Shown piece by piece: positions 30,115 through 39,803 of a stretch of 64,000 bases of DNA. Source of the DNA: Nitrososphaeraceae archaeon (GTDB lineage: Archaea > Thermoproteota > Nitrososphaeria > Nitrososphaerales > Nitrososphaeraceae). The notes under the pieces are model-generated. The model was not told where the DNA came from. It saw nothing but the letters and a program-made list of their open reading frames with translations, and made no database searches. Location of the stretch: assembly GCA_044870765.1 (NCBI GenBank), contig JBIOZG010000035.1, positions 1 to 64,000 on the forward strand. Reading direction: 5' to 3'. The position numbers were made by a program, and so were the translations under genes. The stretch's first letter is position 1. Every line of letters begins with the position of its first letter.

Positions 30115-30382
30115 TACAATTTATATACGCAATATATTATAAAAGGGATACAAGTTTCTTAAATTATTTTCAATTAATTAGATTTTCTATCTGGGAGACT
30201 TTTAGCTTTGAATATTAAGATCTCAATAAAAGTATCATAATTGATATTAAAATCTGCAATAAGTTAACTAATTGCGGGAGCCTGAACCCCCCACACTAGT
30301 GTGAATACGATTTTATTTAATTCATGCGGATCAAAATACTTAAATACTTGATCGACGTATATATAAATAATTAACCGTTATA

Positions 30383-31288
30383 ATGTCAAAGCTAATTACG
30401 TGTTCGACGTGCAATATCAAAGAAAATAAGATGGTCACAGATACAGTATCTGGAGAACTAGTGTGTAGTAACTGCGGAACAGTAGTTCGGGATAGTATAG
30501 AAGAAATTGGTAAAGAGTGGACGAACTTCAAGGACCGCGAAAGTGACAAGAGTAGGACTGGATTGCCTTTTTCTCTTGCAGTTCATGATATGAATCTGTC
30601 AACAGTCATTGGCAAAACAAACAAAGATTCTACCGGCCAATACATTGATTCAGGTATGCAAGCTAGAATGAATAGACTAAGGATATGGGATGCAAGGACT
30701 ATGTATCGCGATAGCTCTTCTCGTAATTTTACAACTGCCTTCTTATTATTGAACAGATTGAAGGATAAGTTGGGCCTTACACCTTCCGTAGTTGAAAAAA
30801 CTGCATATACATATAGAAAGGTCCAGGAAGCTGGATTGATAAGAGGTAGAACCATAAACGCTGTCCTTGTGGCATGTCTTTATATAACATGTAGAGAACT
30901 GGGTGTGTCAAGAACAATTGATGAACTTGCAGAAACCAGTAATTTAAGAAGGAAGACTATTGCTAAAATTTACAGGGAAATTGTATTTCACTTGCAGAGA
31001 AAAATACCGCAGGTAAATTGTTTCCAATGTATAGACAAGATAGCAAATAAAATTGAGTTGAGTGAAAGAACAACAAGACATGCTAGAGACCTTATGAAAA
31101 AAGTTCTCGAGCAAGAATTTTCTGCTGGAAAGGATCCCATGGGATTTGCCGGAGCGGTATTATATGTATCACTTCAACTGGATGGGAAAACAATAAGGCA
31201 GATTGACATTGCAGAAGCAGCAGGAGTTACAGAAGTGACAATTAGAAACCGGGCAAAGGATCTTAAAAGCCAGCTTCATTTGATATAA
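30383..31288 (+). CDS. tfb: Transcription initiation factor IIB (paralog)
   Basis: Zn ribbon CSTC/CSNCG, B-reader EW, two cyclin folds, C-terminal AGVTEVTIRNR. Confidence 0.96.
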   Translation: MSKLITCSTCNIKENKMVTDTVSGELVCSNCGTVVRDSIEEIGKEWTNFKDRESDKSRTGLPFSLAVHDMNLSTVIGKTNKDSTGQYIDSGMQARMNRLRIWDARTMYRDSSSRNFTTAFLLLNRLKDKLGLTPSVVEKTAYTYRKVQEAGLIRGRTINAVLVACLYITCRELGVSRTIDELAETSNLRRKTIAKIYREIVFHLQRKIPQVNCFQCIDKIANKIELSERTTRHARDLMKKVLEQEFSAGKDPMGFAGAVLYVSLQLDGKTIRQIDIAEAAGVTEVTIRNRAKDLKSQLHLI

Positions 31289-31446
31289 TTAATAATAAAT
31301 TAATGGCCAGTCTTACTTCTTCAAGTACTTAAGATCCAGCAGACGTAGCAGTAGTTCGCATTCAATACTTTCGTAGTTTGAGTCGGATGGAAAGTATTCG
31401 TATACAAGTAATGAAAAACATTTAATTCATTATTTCCTATTAACTA

Positions 31447-31821
31447 TTGTTGGCAGTTAGAGAGGTAGATACCCTATTTTCACTCTACGAGGTTTATGAT
31501 CGAAACAGAGATTCTATTCTTTGGTTTTTAGAAGACTTTAGTGCAAAAAGCTACGAAGAATATAAACAAAAATATCAGGGTGCATCTAGGGAGAGATGCC
31601 ATTTTACTCGTGTTTGTGGTTTTTTTGAACTGTCAGGTACTTTGGTAAAAAGACAAATGATTGATACTAATCTTTATTTTGATGTCTTTAACCCAAGCCC
31701 TTTTTGGCAGAGGGCAAAATCAGTAATAGAAGGAATGAGAGAAACAAGACCATTTATTTATGAAAACTTTGAGCTTTTGGATCAATTGAAAGTGAAATGG
31801 GCCAAGAAAAGAAGAAAATAA
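31447..31821 (+). CDS. DUF4760-like hypothetical protein
   Basis: VCGFFELSGTLVKRQMID...YENFELL pattern. Confidence 0.65.
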   Translation: MLAVREVDTLFSLYEVYDRNRDSILWFLEDFSAKSYEEYKQKYQGASRERCHFTRVCGFFELSGTLVKRQMIDTNLYFDVFNPSPFWQRAKSVIEGMRETRPFIYENFELLDQLKVKWAKKRRK

Positions 31822-32034
31822 AATACAACTTGGTAATTAAAATGCGCAATATTTTATGATATTTTTATTGTTAGTTATACTGATTGTAATAAAAAATTTT
31901 TCTTTAATATATACTGCTGCTTCTGCGCTTAGAGTTACTCCACCGACCCTCTTGCAAAAACTGACAGATTGAAATAATCGTTCTAGATATTGGTACTAAA
32001 AGTAAACAAATCTGATACATAATTTAATATAAAA

Positions 32035-34275
32035 TTATAATTCATTTGTCAACTTTAGTCCAAATGGTTCTGTGACAGAATTACAGGTTTTTACCAATAA
32101 CTCAGAATATCTTTTTGCATCATACACGGTCTTTGAATTTATCAATTCAACCGGGATGCTTCTTTTTCTCGAATTTTTCCGATAATAATCGGTTAATACA
32201 TATTTCAAAATCTGTCCTGATTTAAGCGATTTGCCTGCATGCTTTAATTGGAGTAATGCATCCAGTTCCACCGTATTCCTATTTTTATACTCATCTACAT
32301 CTTTAGATATCCTCTTTGTTAGAACCAAATCATTTATGGGAACCTTCTTATATCTTAAAAGTTCTAGATGCAATTGAAAAAACTTTCTGACTTTTGGCAT
32401 CAAATCTCTGACTTCTTTAATTGAATTAGCTTCTGACATTATGTTCAGGATTCCTTGTTGAACATTTGAAAAGAATTCGGCAGTGTCGTGTCTTCTTGCT
32501 TCAATTCCCCTCATTTTCACAGTTCCATCTTCAAAGACACCAAAGTAACGATTAGAAACTGGCAGAATAGTATTACTCTTTGAAGGAACAAATACAATCC
32601 ACTTGTATATGCCTTCTAATGAAATTGGAAATCCTGTCTTGTTTTCTATTTCAGTTTTTAAACTTTTATAATCATTGTTTACAACATTTTTCTTTTGTAT
32701 CCATATGGAGTCTACTATGGCGTGAAGGATTTTAAATCCCTGTGATTCTGCTATCCTTACTGTTTGTAATATAATCTGTCTATCAAAAGCGCATACTGCA
32801 ATATGCGCATCTATTCTACCAAATTTGGCATTATTAAAACCTAGATAGCCAAAACTTGTAACTAAAACCCATTTGAGAGCAGTTTGTCTCGCATCATAAA
32901 TCCTTTTTAATTCGGGATCTGTGGTTGAATTTCTCTTGTCTTTATAATGTGCTCTCTTTTTAAGTAATATTTCTAATGATAAAGGGACTATCCCTCTTCT
33001 TTTTTCACATATATGATAATTTAGTAATTCTGGAACACGTAACTTAGAATGAGAACAACAATTACAAATTACAGTCTCAGCAGATATATTTTTTTTAAAC
33101 ATTATAGTAGGATAAAGAGAAACAAAATCAAATTCAGCAACTTTTTCATGTGCGCCCATAATCGGTTCAAATATCAAACCACCGCGATCGGCAATTAAAA
33201 GATCTCCAAGTGACTTTGGATGTTCTGCCAATGTGGGCTTCCATGGAATAAGTATATTGTTTCTCACGGCATTATAGAATTGTAGACTACTCATACACTT
33301 CCCAATAGAAGCTCTGGATGCTGAATGTAATGGCAATCTACAAATTCTGGCAAGTTCGTACAATCCTTGAAGACCAGACTCATTTAGAACAAATGAATTA
33401 TCTGTGTCAATATGTATTCTTCCAAGTAACTTTGTAGCTAATGGTTTAAAATACATCCTGCCATAAGAGAAATATGAGGTCCCATCTTTCTTAGGTTTGC
33501 ATAAAGGTATACCCTCTCTATCTAGGACTAAATTTACCTGATTGATTTCCGATCTATGTGTCAGATAAGGAAATGTAAACGAATCTCCATATTCTGTGAG
33601 AATAAAGTCGGAATTAATTTTTTCTACTTCTTTAACAAGTTGATATAAAATATCTATTTCAGAACCCTGAATGTAAATAGTGTCTTTACTTGTGTCACCC
33701 TTTTGTATAGATACTAATGCAATTACATCTGTAAATCTATGTATCCTTCCTTCCTTTGTTTTTGGATATACTTTTAGGTGTATGTTATTGAATAATGGTA
33801 ACTCATATTCTGTAGACCACACATCATCTTCATTATCTATCCAATTGAGTGTTGAATTAGATACATGAACTTTACATTTCATGAGGGGAAAAACATCATG
33901 TTCATAAAAATAGGATTGTTCTGGTAATATGTCTACATTATATAGTCGGCTTTGTCCAAATCTTCCCATTTTCTCAATTTTTTTTGCTAATTTTAACGCG
34001 TAGGTAGGATCTTTTAACTCCAGTTCAAGAACTTGGGATTTCTTCGTATCTGTTATCAATTCATATTTCGAGATAAAATGATATTCTTTTACCATCGAAA
34101 GTATTTCATTATTCTCAATGACAGATTTTAATAAAGATTTTTCAGAAGCAACATAGATTTTATGATTCCAGCTTTTATCTTCCACTCTTATAGTTGTAGA
34201 TGAATTATCTTTTTTTATCCAGAAAATCATGCTACCATTTAAAGCATATGCATCAAATAACCAACCAGATATCAT
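32035..34275 (-). CDS. polB2: Family B DNA polymerase, archaeal PolB2 group
   Basis: Motif A DFVSLYPTI, motif B RQTALKWVLVTSFGYLG, altered motif C HAIVDSIW, degenerate exonuclease domain, N-terminal GWLFDAY. Confidence 0.92.
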   Translation of the reverse strand: MISGWLFDAYALNGSMIFWIKKDNSSTTIRVEDKSWNHKIYVASEKSLLKSVIENNEILSMVKEYHFISKYELITDTKKSQVLELELKDPTYALKLAKKIEKMGRFGQSRLYNVDILPEQSYFYEHDVFPLMKCKVHVSNSTLNWIDNEDDVWSTEYELPLFNNIHLKVYPKTKEGRIHRFTDVIALVSIQKGDTSKDTIYIQGSEIDILYQLVKEVEKINSDFILTEYGDSFTFPYLTHRSEINQVNLVLDREGIPLCKPKKDGTSYFSYGRMYFKPLATKLLGRIHIDTDNSFVLNESGLQGLYELARICRLPLHSASRASIGKCMSSLQFYNAVRNNILIPWKPTLAEHPKSLGDLLIADRGGLIFEPIMGAHEKVAEFDFVSLYPTIMFKKNISAETVICNCCSHSKLRVPELLNYHICEKRRGIVPLSLEILLKKRAHYKDKRNSTTDPELKRIYDARQTALKWVLVTSFGYLGFNNAKFGRIDAHIAVCAFDRQIILQTVRIAESQGFKILHAIVDSIWIQKKNVVNNDYKSLKTEIENKTGFPISLEGIYKWIVFVPSKSNTILPVSNRYFGVFEDGTVKMRGIEARRHDTAEFFSNVQQGILNIMSEANSIKEVRDLMPKVRKFFQLHLELLRYKKVPINDLVLTKRISKDVDEYKNRNTVELDALLQLKHAGKSLKSGQILKYVLTDYYRKNSRKRSIPVELINSKTVYDAKRYSELLVKTCNSVTEPFGLKLTNEL

Positions 34276-34394
34276 TTTATTATAATTAGTTTGGACACAA
34301 ATTTATCACGAGTACTGCGACACAAAATTAGCTTGTCGTTGTAATTCTCTATTGTGGATTTTTTTATAAACTGATGAATAGTTAGACCCTGCAT
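34272..34394 (-). CDS. Possible 40-aa uORF coupled to polB2
   Basis: MQGLTIHQFIKK...IIIK*; its stop overlaps the polB2 start (ATGA). Confidence 0.3.
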   Translation of the reverse strand: MQGLTIHQFIKKSTIENYNDKLILCRSTRDKFVSKLIIIK

Positions 34395-34557
34395 AATCTC
34401 ATTCTTACCTATTCTGAACTATATAATAAGAAGAGATTCTATTAGGAGGGGAGGGCCAGAGCGGGACGAGATTATAAATACGTGTTTAGAATATTACATA
34501 ATTACATCGCCAAAAAGAGAACAAAATAAGAAACTAAAATAAAAGCGTCCCTCTTGT

Positions 34558-35484
34558 TTAGAATTCAATCTTTCCTATTTTACCATTCCGATAATCTTCC
34601 AAAGTTTTATCTATCTCTTCCCTGGTGTTCATAACAAATGGTCCGTACTGTACTATCGGTTCATTGAAAGGCATTCCAGCAACAAGCAATACATCCAAAG
34701 GATTTTTATTATCAGATCTGATGGAAATGTATTTGCCGTCATTTTTGAATACTATCAAGTTCTTTTCTTGGACCGCTGTCTTATCTCTACCAAAAAGACC
34801 ATTGCCACTAATAACATACGCAAAGGCATTAAAATTTTTAGGAACTGGCTGAAAAACCTCTGAATCTGGTTTTAGAGTAAAATGCAAATACAAAATAGGA
34901 GTTAAAGTGTTAATTACCGCTTTTGTATCATGATAATTTCCTGCGATAACTTTAACTGATACTTTACCATCTGGTGTTCTTATTAGAGGGATTTTTGCGG
35001 AAGGAACATCCTGGTAATCCGGTTTGATCCACTTGTCAATTTTGCGAAGATTTATCCATAATTGGAATCCATGTAACCTTCCTCCATTTTTGGCAAACTC
35101 TTTTTCAGGCATTTCTGAATGAACCAATCCAGAACCTGCTGTCATCCATTGCACGTCACCAGGTCCTAGCTTTCCCGAATTTCTCTGTGAATCTTTGTGT
35201 TCAAATCTTCCTTCGAGAATATATGTAACAGTCACAAAACCTCGATGGGGATGTTCCGGAAAACCTTTAGTCTCATATGGTAACAGATCTAGAGGACCCA
35301 TCTCATCTAAAAGTAAAAAAGGGTCTAAATTCCGGATGGATTGTGAAGGGAAGCACCTGTGTACTACAAAACCATCACCTTCTGGAGTTTCGTTACTCTT
35401 TGTCACCAGTTTAATCGAGCGACTCTCGGTGCTAGTATCATTAGAACTTTGAGTGATGTCGATTTCTTTTCCAGTTTTTCTCAT
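34558..35484 (-). CDS. Pirin family protein
   Basis: DPFLLLDE, HPHRGF, QWMTAGSGLVHSE, GPFVMNT. Confidence 0.96.
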   Translation of the reverse strand: MRKTGKEIDITQSSNDTSTESRSIKLVTKSNETPEGDGFVVHRCFPSQSIRNLDPFLLLDEMGPLDLLPYETKGFPEHPHRGFVTVTYILEGRFEHKDSQRNSGKLGPGDVQWMTAGSGLVHSEMPEKEFAKNGGRLHGFQLWINLRKIDKWIKPDYQDVPSAKIPLIRTPDGKVSVKVIAGNYHDTKAVINTLTPILYLHFTLKPDSEVFQPVPKNFNAFAYVISGNGLFGRDKTAVQEKNLIVFKNDGKYISIRSDNKNPLDVLLVAGMPFNEPIVQYGPFVMNTREEIDKTLEDYRNGKIGKIEF

Positions 35485-35651
35485 ATGTAGTATTAAATAA
35501 TATAATATTTAAAAATGGTAGTAAGCTCAACCTGATTCCTACTAATATTTACCATTTCTGATAAAATTTCAAATAATCTTGACATGTATTTTTGTACTAA
35601 ATTTTCCTAACCGATTATAATGATAGTCAATCAAGTACTTATTTTGCATTC

Positions 35652-36038
35652 TTATTCTAGTGTTAGCGATATGACTAAAGGTCTGGTACTCCTAATCTTG
35701 TTGAATAGTCTAATGAAAGTCGTTAGTAAACCATATTTTTTGTTAATCAGGGAATACGCTATTGTCGACTCAGCCGAACCGGAAAACTTTGCTTTTCCGT
35801 CATACCAATCACCCTCCACATTTCCGCCAATATTGCAAGGAGCAATCTTAACATGCGGATTATTCCTAATCCTTTTGACCTTGCCTGACTTGGCATCGGT
35901 CCTAAAATAGATCAACCCTTGATTAACCACAAACCAAACGGGAGTTCTTACTCCAGTACCATTCTTCCTATACGTTTCAATGCTAATGTACTTGTGTTTT
36001 GATAATTGAAATAGCTTATCCTCAGACATGTATATCAC
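35652..36038 (-). CDS. PPOX-class F420-dependent oxidoreductase
   Basis: ETYRKNG...TPVWF...GKVKRIRNNPHV. Confidence 0.9.
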   Translation of the reverse strand: MIYMSEDKLFQLSKHKYISIETYRKNGTGVRTPVWFVVNQGLIYFRTDAKSGKVKRIRNNPHVKIAPCNIGGNVEGDWYDGKAKFSGSAESTIAYSLINKKYGLLTTFIRLFNKIRSTRPLVISLTLE

Positions 36039-36212
36039 TAAATATAGAGTACTTATTAGTGAATCTTTTTATTAATCAACTTCAAATCATCGCACTGACC
36101 GGGTGTGCAGGAATGAAGAGTCACAGTACTAAAATACAATCTGCATATTGCCGCGAGGTAGGCATAAAGGTTAGGCATTAGTAATATTAATCATCTAAGC
36201 CTAAACTTAGTA

Positions 36213-36362
36213 TTACTCTTTTGACTTTATATTTCTGAAATTAAAATACAATGCCAAATCATAAATAATCTTGATTACACCACCTAGCACAAATGACCTC
36301 AGAATTCTTGCTGCAAGTAACAACTTTCCATCTCTTGAAAGCCAGTTGAGGAAAAAACTCAT
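36213..36362 (-). pseudogene. Internally deleted MFS transporter (N- and C-termini fused in frame, 49 aa)
   Basis: MSFFLNWLSRDGKLLLAARILRSF resembles an MFS N-terminus and is joined directly to FVLGGVIKIIYDLALYFNFRNIK, an MFS C-terminus. Confidence 0.7.
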
Positions 36363-36513
36363 AGAATAGACTTATGGTGGTGACTGATCTGATACCAATA
36401 CTAGTACAGGGATTAATCTCCTGCTAAAAATTATGAATGAAGATGCTCTATGTTTCAGCATAGTCGTCATTAATGGTACTTTAAATAGAATTGATAAATT
36501 CTATCTTTTAAGT

Positions 36514-36804
36514 TTAACCCATATGTTCCAGCGCTTTTTTTAGATCCTCTAATACCATTACAGGATGAAATTCAACCTTGGCTCCAAAATCCTGAAATAA
36601 TGGTTCAGCTACTGATGGTATCATATCAGATCTTTCCAAATTGACTATAAAGGCAAAAGTTCTATCTCCTCCAGCTTCAAAAAAATATGAAGCCTCGGCG
36701 TTTACTTTCTTGATGTAATCTTCAAGATTTTGCATGAATTGTGGATTCTTTATCATTTTATTCCCAGCGTCGGTGGAAATTTGCGCTCTTACTAAAAATC
36801 TCAT
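36514..36804 (-). CDS. DUF3303/GYD-like ferredoxin-fold protein
   Basis: MRFLV...EASYF...GDRT...AEPLFQ...VEFHPVM. Confidence 0.8.
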   Translation of the reverse strand: MRFLVRAQISTDAGNKMIKNPQFMQNLEDYIKKVNAEASYFFEAGGDRTFAFIVNLERSDMIPSVAEPLFQDFGAKVEFHPVMVLEDLKKALEHMG

Positions 36805-37204
36805 GGGTAATTATCATCACGGTACAATAAAAATTTCACTGCCTTATGCAGTCAGTTCTGGCTTATTAGCGAGCCTTATTAACGAACTTCGTGAATAAAA
36901 ATCAAGATAGATGAATTAACAGGCCATGGAATTAGAGTATATTATTACATCCATTCTCCATACAAGCTACAATTGTCTACAACCATTATTGTGTTTGAAA
37001 ACTCGAATTTTCATTATCTTCTCACTTATTCCTGTTCTAGGAACGCGAGCCATGAGAAATTTGAATCAAGTTGCAACTGACATCCTCATACGTGTTGGTC
37101 TATCTTAATGCAATCAGGAATATTGAATACGTAAACATATGCGCAATAAATAACGTCTCGTTCGACTCGTAGCTTTACATATCGCAAATTCAATATAAGC
37201 AAAT

Positions 37205-38206
37205 TTGTATAGACATTGTATGCTTGATGATCTGGTCAAAGACAGGGTAGATAATAAGAATCCGCGTCAGGAAGGATTAACGCTTACAGTGGACAAACTC
37301 GAATCCTTTGATAGAGAGAATTTTGAGATCCTATCAAGATTCATTGATCAAATCAAGATATACAACACTTATCCTTTGTTAATAACTGATAATCTTCTTC
37401 AGAAGAGGATATCTTACTACCATCAGCTTGATATAGACGTATCCACCGGCAGTACGCTCACAGAGTACGCAATATCAGAAAATTCCCTTGACAAGTTCAT
37501 AACAGAATGTAGCAGAATCGGCTTTGACATAATTGAAATTGGTGAAAACAGTATTGATCTAGATATTGATAAAAAGAAAAGAATATCTGATTCCATACTT
37601 TCTGCAGACTTAAAACTTAACTGGAAGATTGGTAAAAAAGATCCTAGACATCAGATTGGTATTGATACCACACTTTTGAAGATTGATGATGCAATAAAAC
37701 TGGGTTCAAAAAAAGTTATCCTTGAGGCCAACGAGGGTATCAATGTTGGTATTTATGATCAAAACGGTTCTATAATTTGGAATTACGTTGCAGCGCTTAC
37801 TGCAAAATATCCACCCAATACTTTTATTTTTGAAGCGCCATTAGCATCGCAACAATCTGCATTGTTAGCAGAATTTGGTCAAAGAGTGAACCTTGCTGAA
37901 ATTACAATTGAAAATGTTGCTTCAGTAGAATCTCAACGGCGTGGATTTCTCTCCAAATCATCTTTTGGTATGACTTTCTCACAAAAGGAAATAGGTGGAA
38001 GTCCTGCATCGAAGTTTATCTATTATCTAATTAAAACAAAGCATCCAATAGAGCAAAGTGATTTAATTGGTATTACCCGTTTGCCCAGAAGGACAGTACA
38101 AAGTGCAATAGAAGACTTAAGGAATCAGGGTTTTATTATTGAACGAAATAGCTTGGATGACAGTAGAAGAAAGGTGTATTATCCCGTCAAATCAGAATGG
38201 TTATGA
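37205..38206 (+). CDS. Phosphosulfolactate synthase (ComA)-like domain fused to a C-terminal HTH
   Basis: KNPRQEGLT, TGSTLTE, IEIGE, IGKKD, IFEAP, FGQRVNL, ESQRRG; C-terminal LPRRTVQSAIEDL...DSRRKVY wHTH. Confidence 0.85.
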   Translation: MYRHCMLDDLVKDRVDNKNPRQEGLTLTVDKLESFDRENFEILSRFIDQIKIYNTYPLLITDNLLQKRISYYHQLDIDVSTGSTLTEYAISENSLDKFITECSRIGFDIIEIGENSIDLDIDKKKRISDSILSADLKLNWKIGKKDPRHQIGIDTTLLKIDDAIKLGSKKVILEANEGINVGIYDQNGSIIWNYVAALTAKYPPNTFIFEAPLASQQSALLAEFGQRVNLAEITIENVASVESQRRGFLSKSSFGMTFSQKEIGGSPASKFIYYLIKTKHPIEQSDLIGITRLPRRTVQSAIEDLRNQGFIIERNSLDDSRRKVYYPVKSEWL

Positions 38207-38380
38207 ACATTCAAAAGTTTCTAAACAGATAATATTTATCTAGATACTTTTGAGAGTAACATGTTTTGCTTGTCTGCTTAATACTAGCGATTTAATCGAA
38301 ATTGAAATAACACCTAGGATAGGAAAATTTCAGTTTTGCAATATTTGCTTATGTCCTTCAAATCTGTCTATCTCATAAAT

Positions 38381-38417
38381 TGTGCATTTTATGCATATTT
38401 TATTAAAATTATGCACA
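38381..38417. promoter_or_regulatory. TGTGCAT/ATGCACA inverted repeats upstream of the ssuA-like gene
   Basis: TGTGCATTTTATGCATA...ATGCACA. Confidence 0.5.
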
Positions 38418-38457
38418 TTTGCAAGTATTCAAATATGCTTTGATTTAGGTAGAAAAC

Positions 38458-39603
38458 ATGAAAAATAGATTAAGAATCACGGCAGTGATGACTATATTAC
38501 TTATAGCCGGATTTATTATAACACCATTGCTCTCAAATCTGGCATATGCACAGTTATCTCAAAAAAAGGTATTTAGACTAGGATACTTTCCGAACATTAA
38601 TCACGCGCAAGCATTAATCGGAGTAGGAAATGGAGACTATCAGAAAGTTTTAGGAAATAATATAGAGTTGAAGACTTTAACGTTTAATGCTGGCCCCTCG
38701 GCTACAGAAGCCCTGTTGGCAAATCAAATCGATGCAGCGTACATAGGTCCAAACCCCACGGTCAATGGTTATGTAGTTTCTGAAGGTAAGGCTCTCAGAG
38801 TTATATCTGGAGTAGCAAGTGGCGGCGCTGTCTTTATAGTAAGAAATGATTCTGGTATTCAGTCTACAAAAGACTTTGCCGGTAAAAAATTCGCATCACC
38901 ACAAATAGGAAACACCCAGGACGTAGCATTGAGGAAATATTTACTTGATAACGGATTCAAAACAAAGGACAAAGGTGGAAACGTTGAGGTTCTGCCCATA
39001 AAGAATCCTGATATTTTGACACTGTTCTTAAAGAAAGAAATCGATGGAGCTTGGGTCCCTGAACCTTGGGGTGAAAAACTCATCAAGGAAGGCAATGGTA
39101 GATTATTTTTGGATGAACGAAGTCTATGGCCTGCAGATAAATTTGTTACTGCAAACATAATCGTTAATCCCGAATATCTTAAAAATAATCCTGATGTAAT
39201 AAAGAAGTTTTTGGAAGCACATGTAAATGAGACACAGTGGATAAATGGGCATAAAGAAGAAGCCTTGAAGACTTTCAATTTTGAACTAAAAAAACTTACA
39301 GGTCAAACTATTCCAGATGATCAACTAAAGGAAGCTTTCTCAAGGCTCGAGCTAACCTACGATCCCTTGCAAGAAACACTCATCAAATCTGCAAACGATG
39401 CATTTGAAATAGGATATCTCGGAAAAACGAAACCTAACCTTAGTGGACTTTACGACCTGAAAATTCTCAATGAAATACTGAAAGAAAAAGGACTTCAAGG
39501 CATCACGGGCCCAGAAAATCAAACCACTGTTGGTAGTAACGCTTCTTCAGGAAACACGATACCCACATTGACAGCCAACTCGAGATATACAATCGTAGCA
39601 TAG
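38458..39603 (+). CDS. ssuA: ABC transporter substrate-binding protein, aliphatic sulfonate (SsuA/NMT1) family
   Basis: RLGYFPNINHA, FNAGP, YIGPNP, PQIGNTQDVALR, WVPEPW. Confidence 0.88.
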   Translation: MKNRLRITAVMTILLIAGFIITPLLSNLAYAQLSQKKVFRLGYFPNINHAQALIGVGNGDYQKVLGNNIELKTLTFNAGPSATEALLANQIDAAYIGPNPTVNGYVVSEGKALRVISGVASGGAVFIVRNDSGIQSTKDFAGKKFASPQIGNTQDVALRKYLLDNGFKTKDKGGNVEVLPIKNPDILTLFLKKEIDGAWVPEPWGEKLIKEGNGRLFLDERSLWPADKFVTANIIVNPEYLKNNPDVIKKFLEAHVNETQWINGHKEEALKTFNFELKKLTGQTIPDDQLKEAFSRLELTYDPLQETLIKSANDAFEIGYLGKTKPNLSGLYDLKILNEILKEKGLQGITGPENQTTVGSNASSGNTIPTLTANSRYTIVA

Positions 39604-39803
39604 TGAGTGTAATTGAGCGAGGCGGCACACATCATAATTCCCTGTTCATCATATGTCATTTAGGAAAAATTAAATTGATCCTGTGAGTTGGAACATCTAT
39701 ATAGTATTAAAGAATATTTGATTTTGAGCTATAAATATATCAAATAAAAAATAAATTCAATTCGGCACTGTTATACATAAAGTTTTGATCGGTGAATTTA
39801 TTA

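Noticed and set aside
31360-31400. AATACTTTC...GAAAGTATT hairpin downstream of tfb
   Set aside because: Short stem, single copy, no target-site duplication; not enough for a MITE or ncRNA call
32035-34275. PolB as marker of a casposon, pipolin or provirus
   Set aside because: Motifs match cellular PolB2, not a protein-primed or primer-independent PolB; no cas1, integrase, capsid gene or terminal repeats nearby
36926-37108. 60-aa ORF upstream of the ComA-HTH gene
   Set aside because: No motif or compositional support
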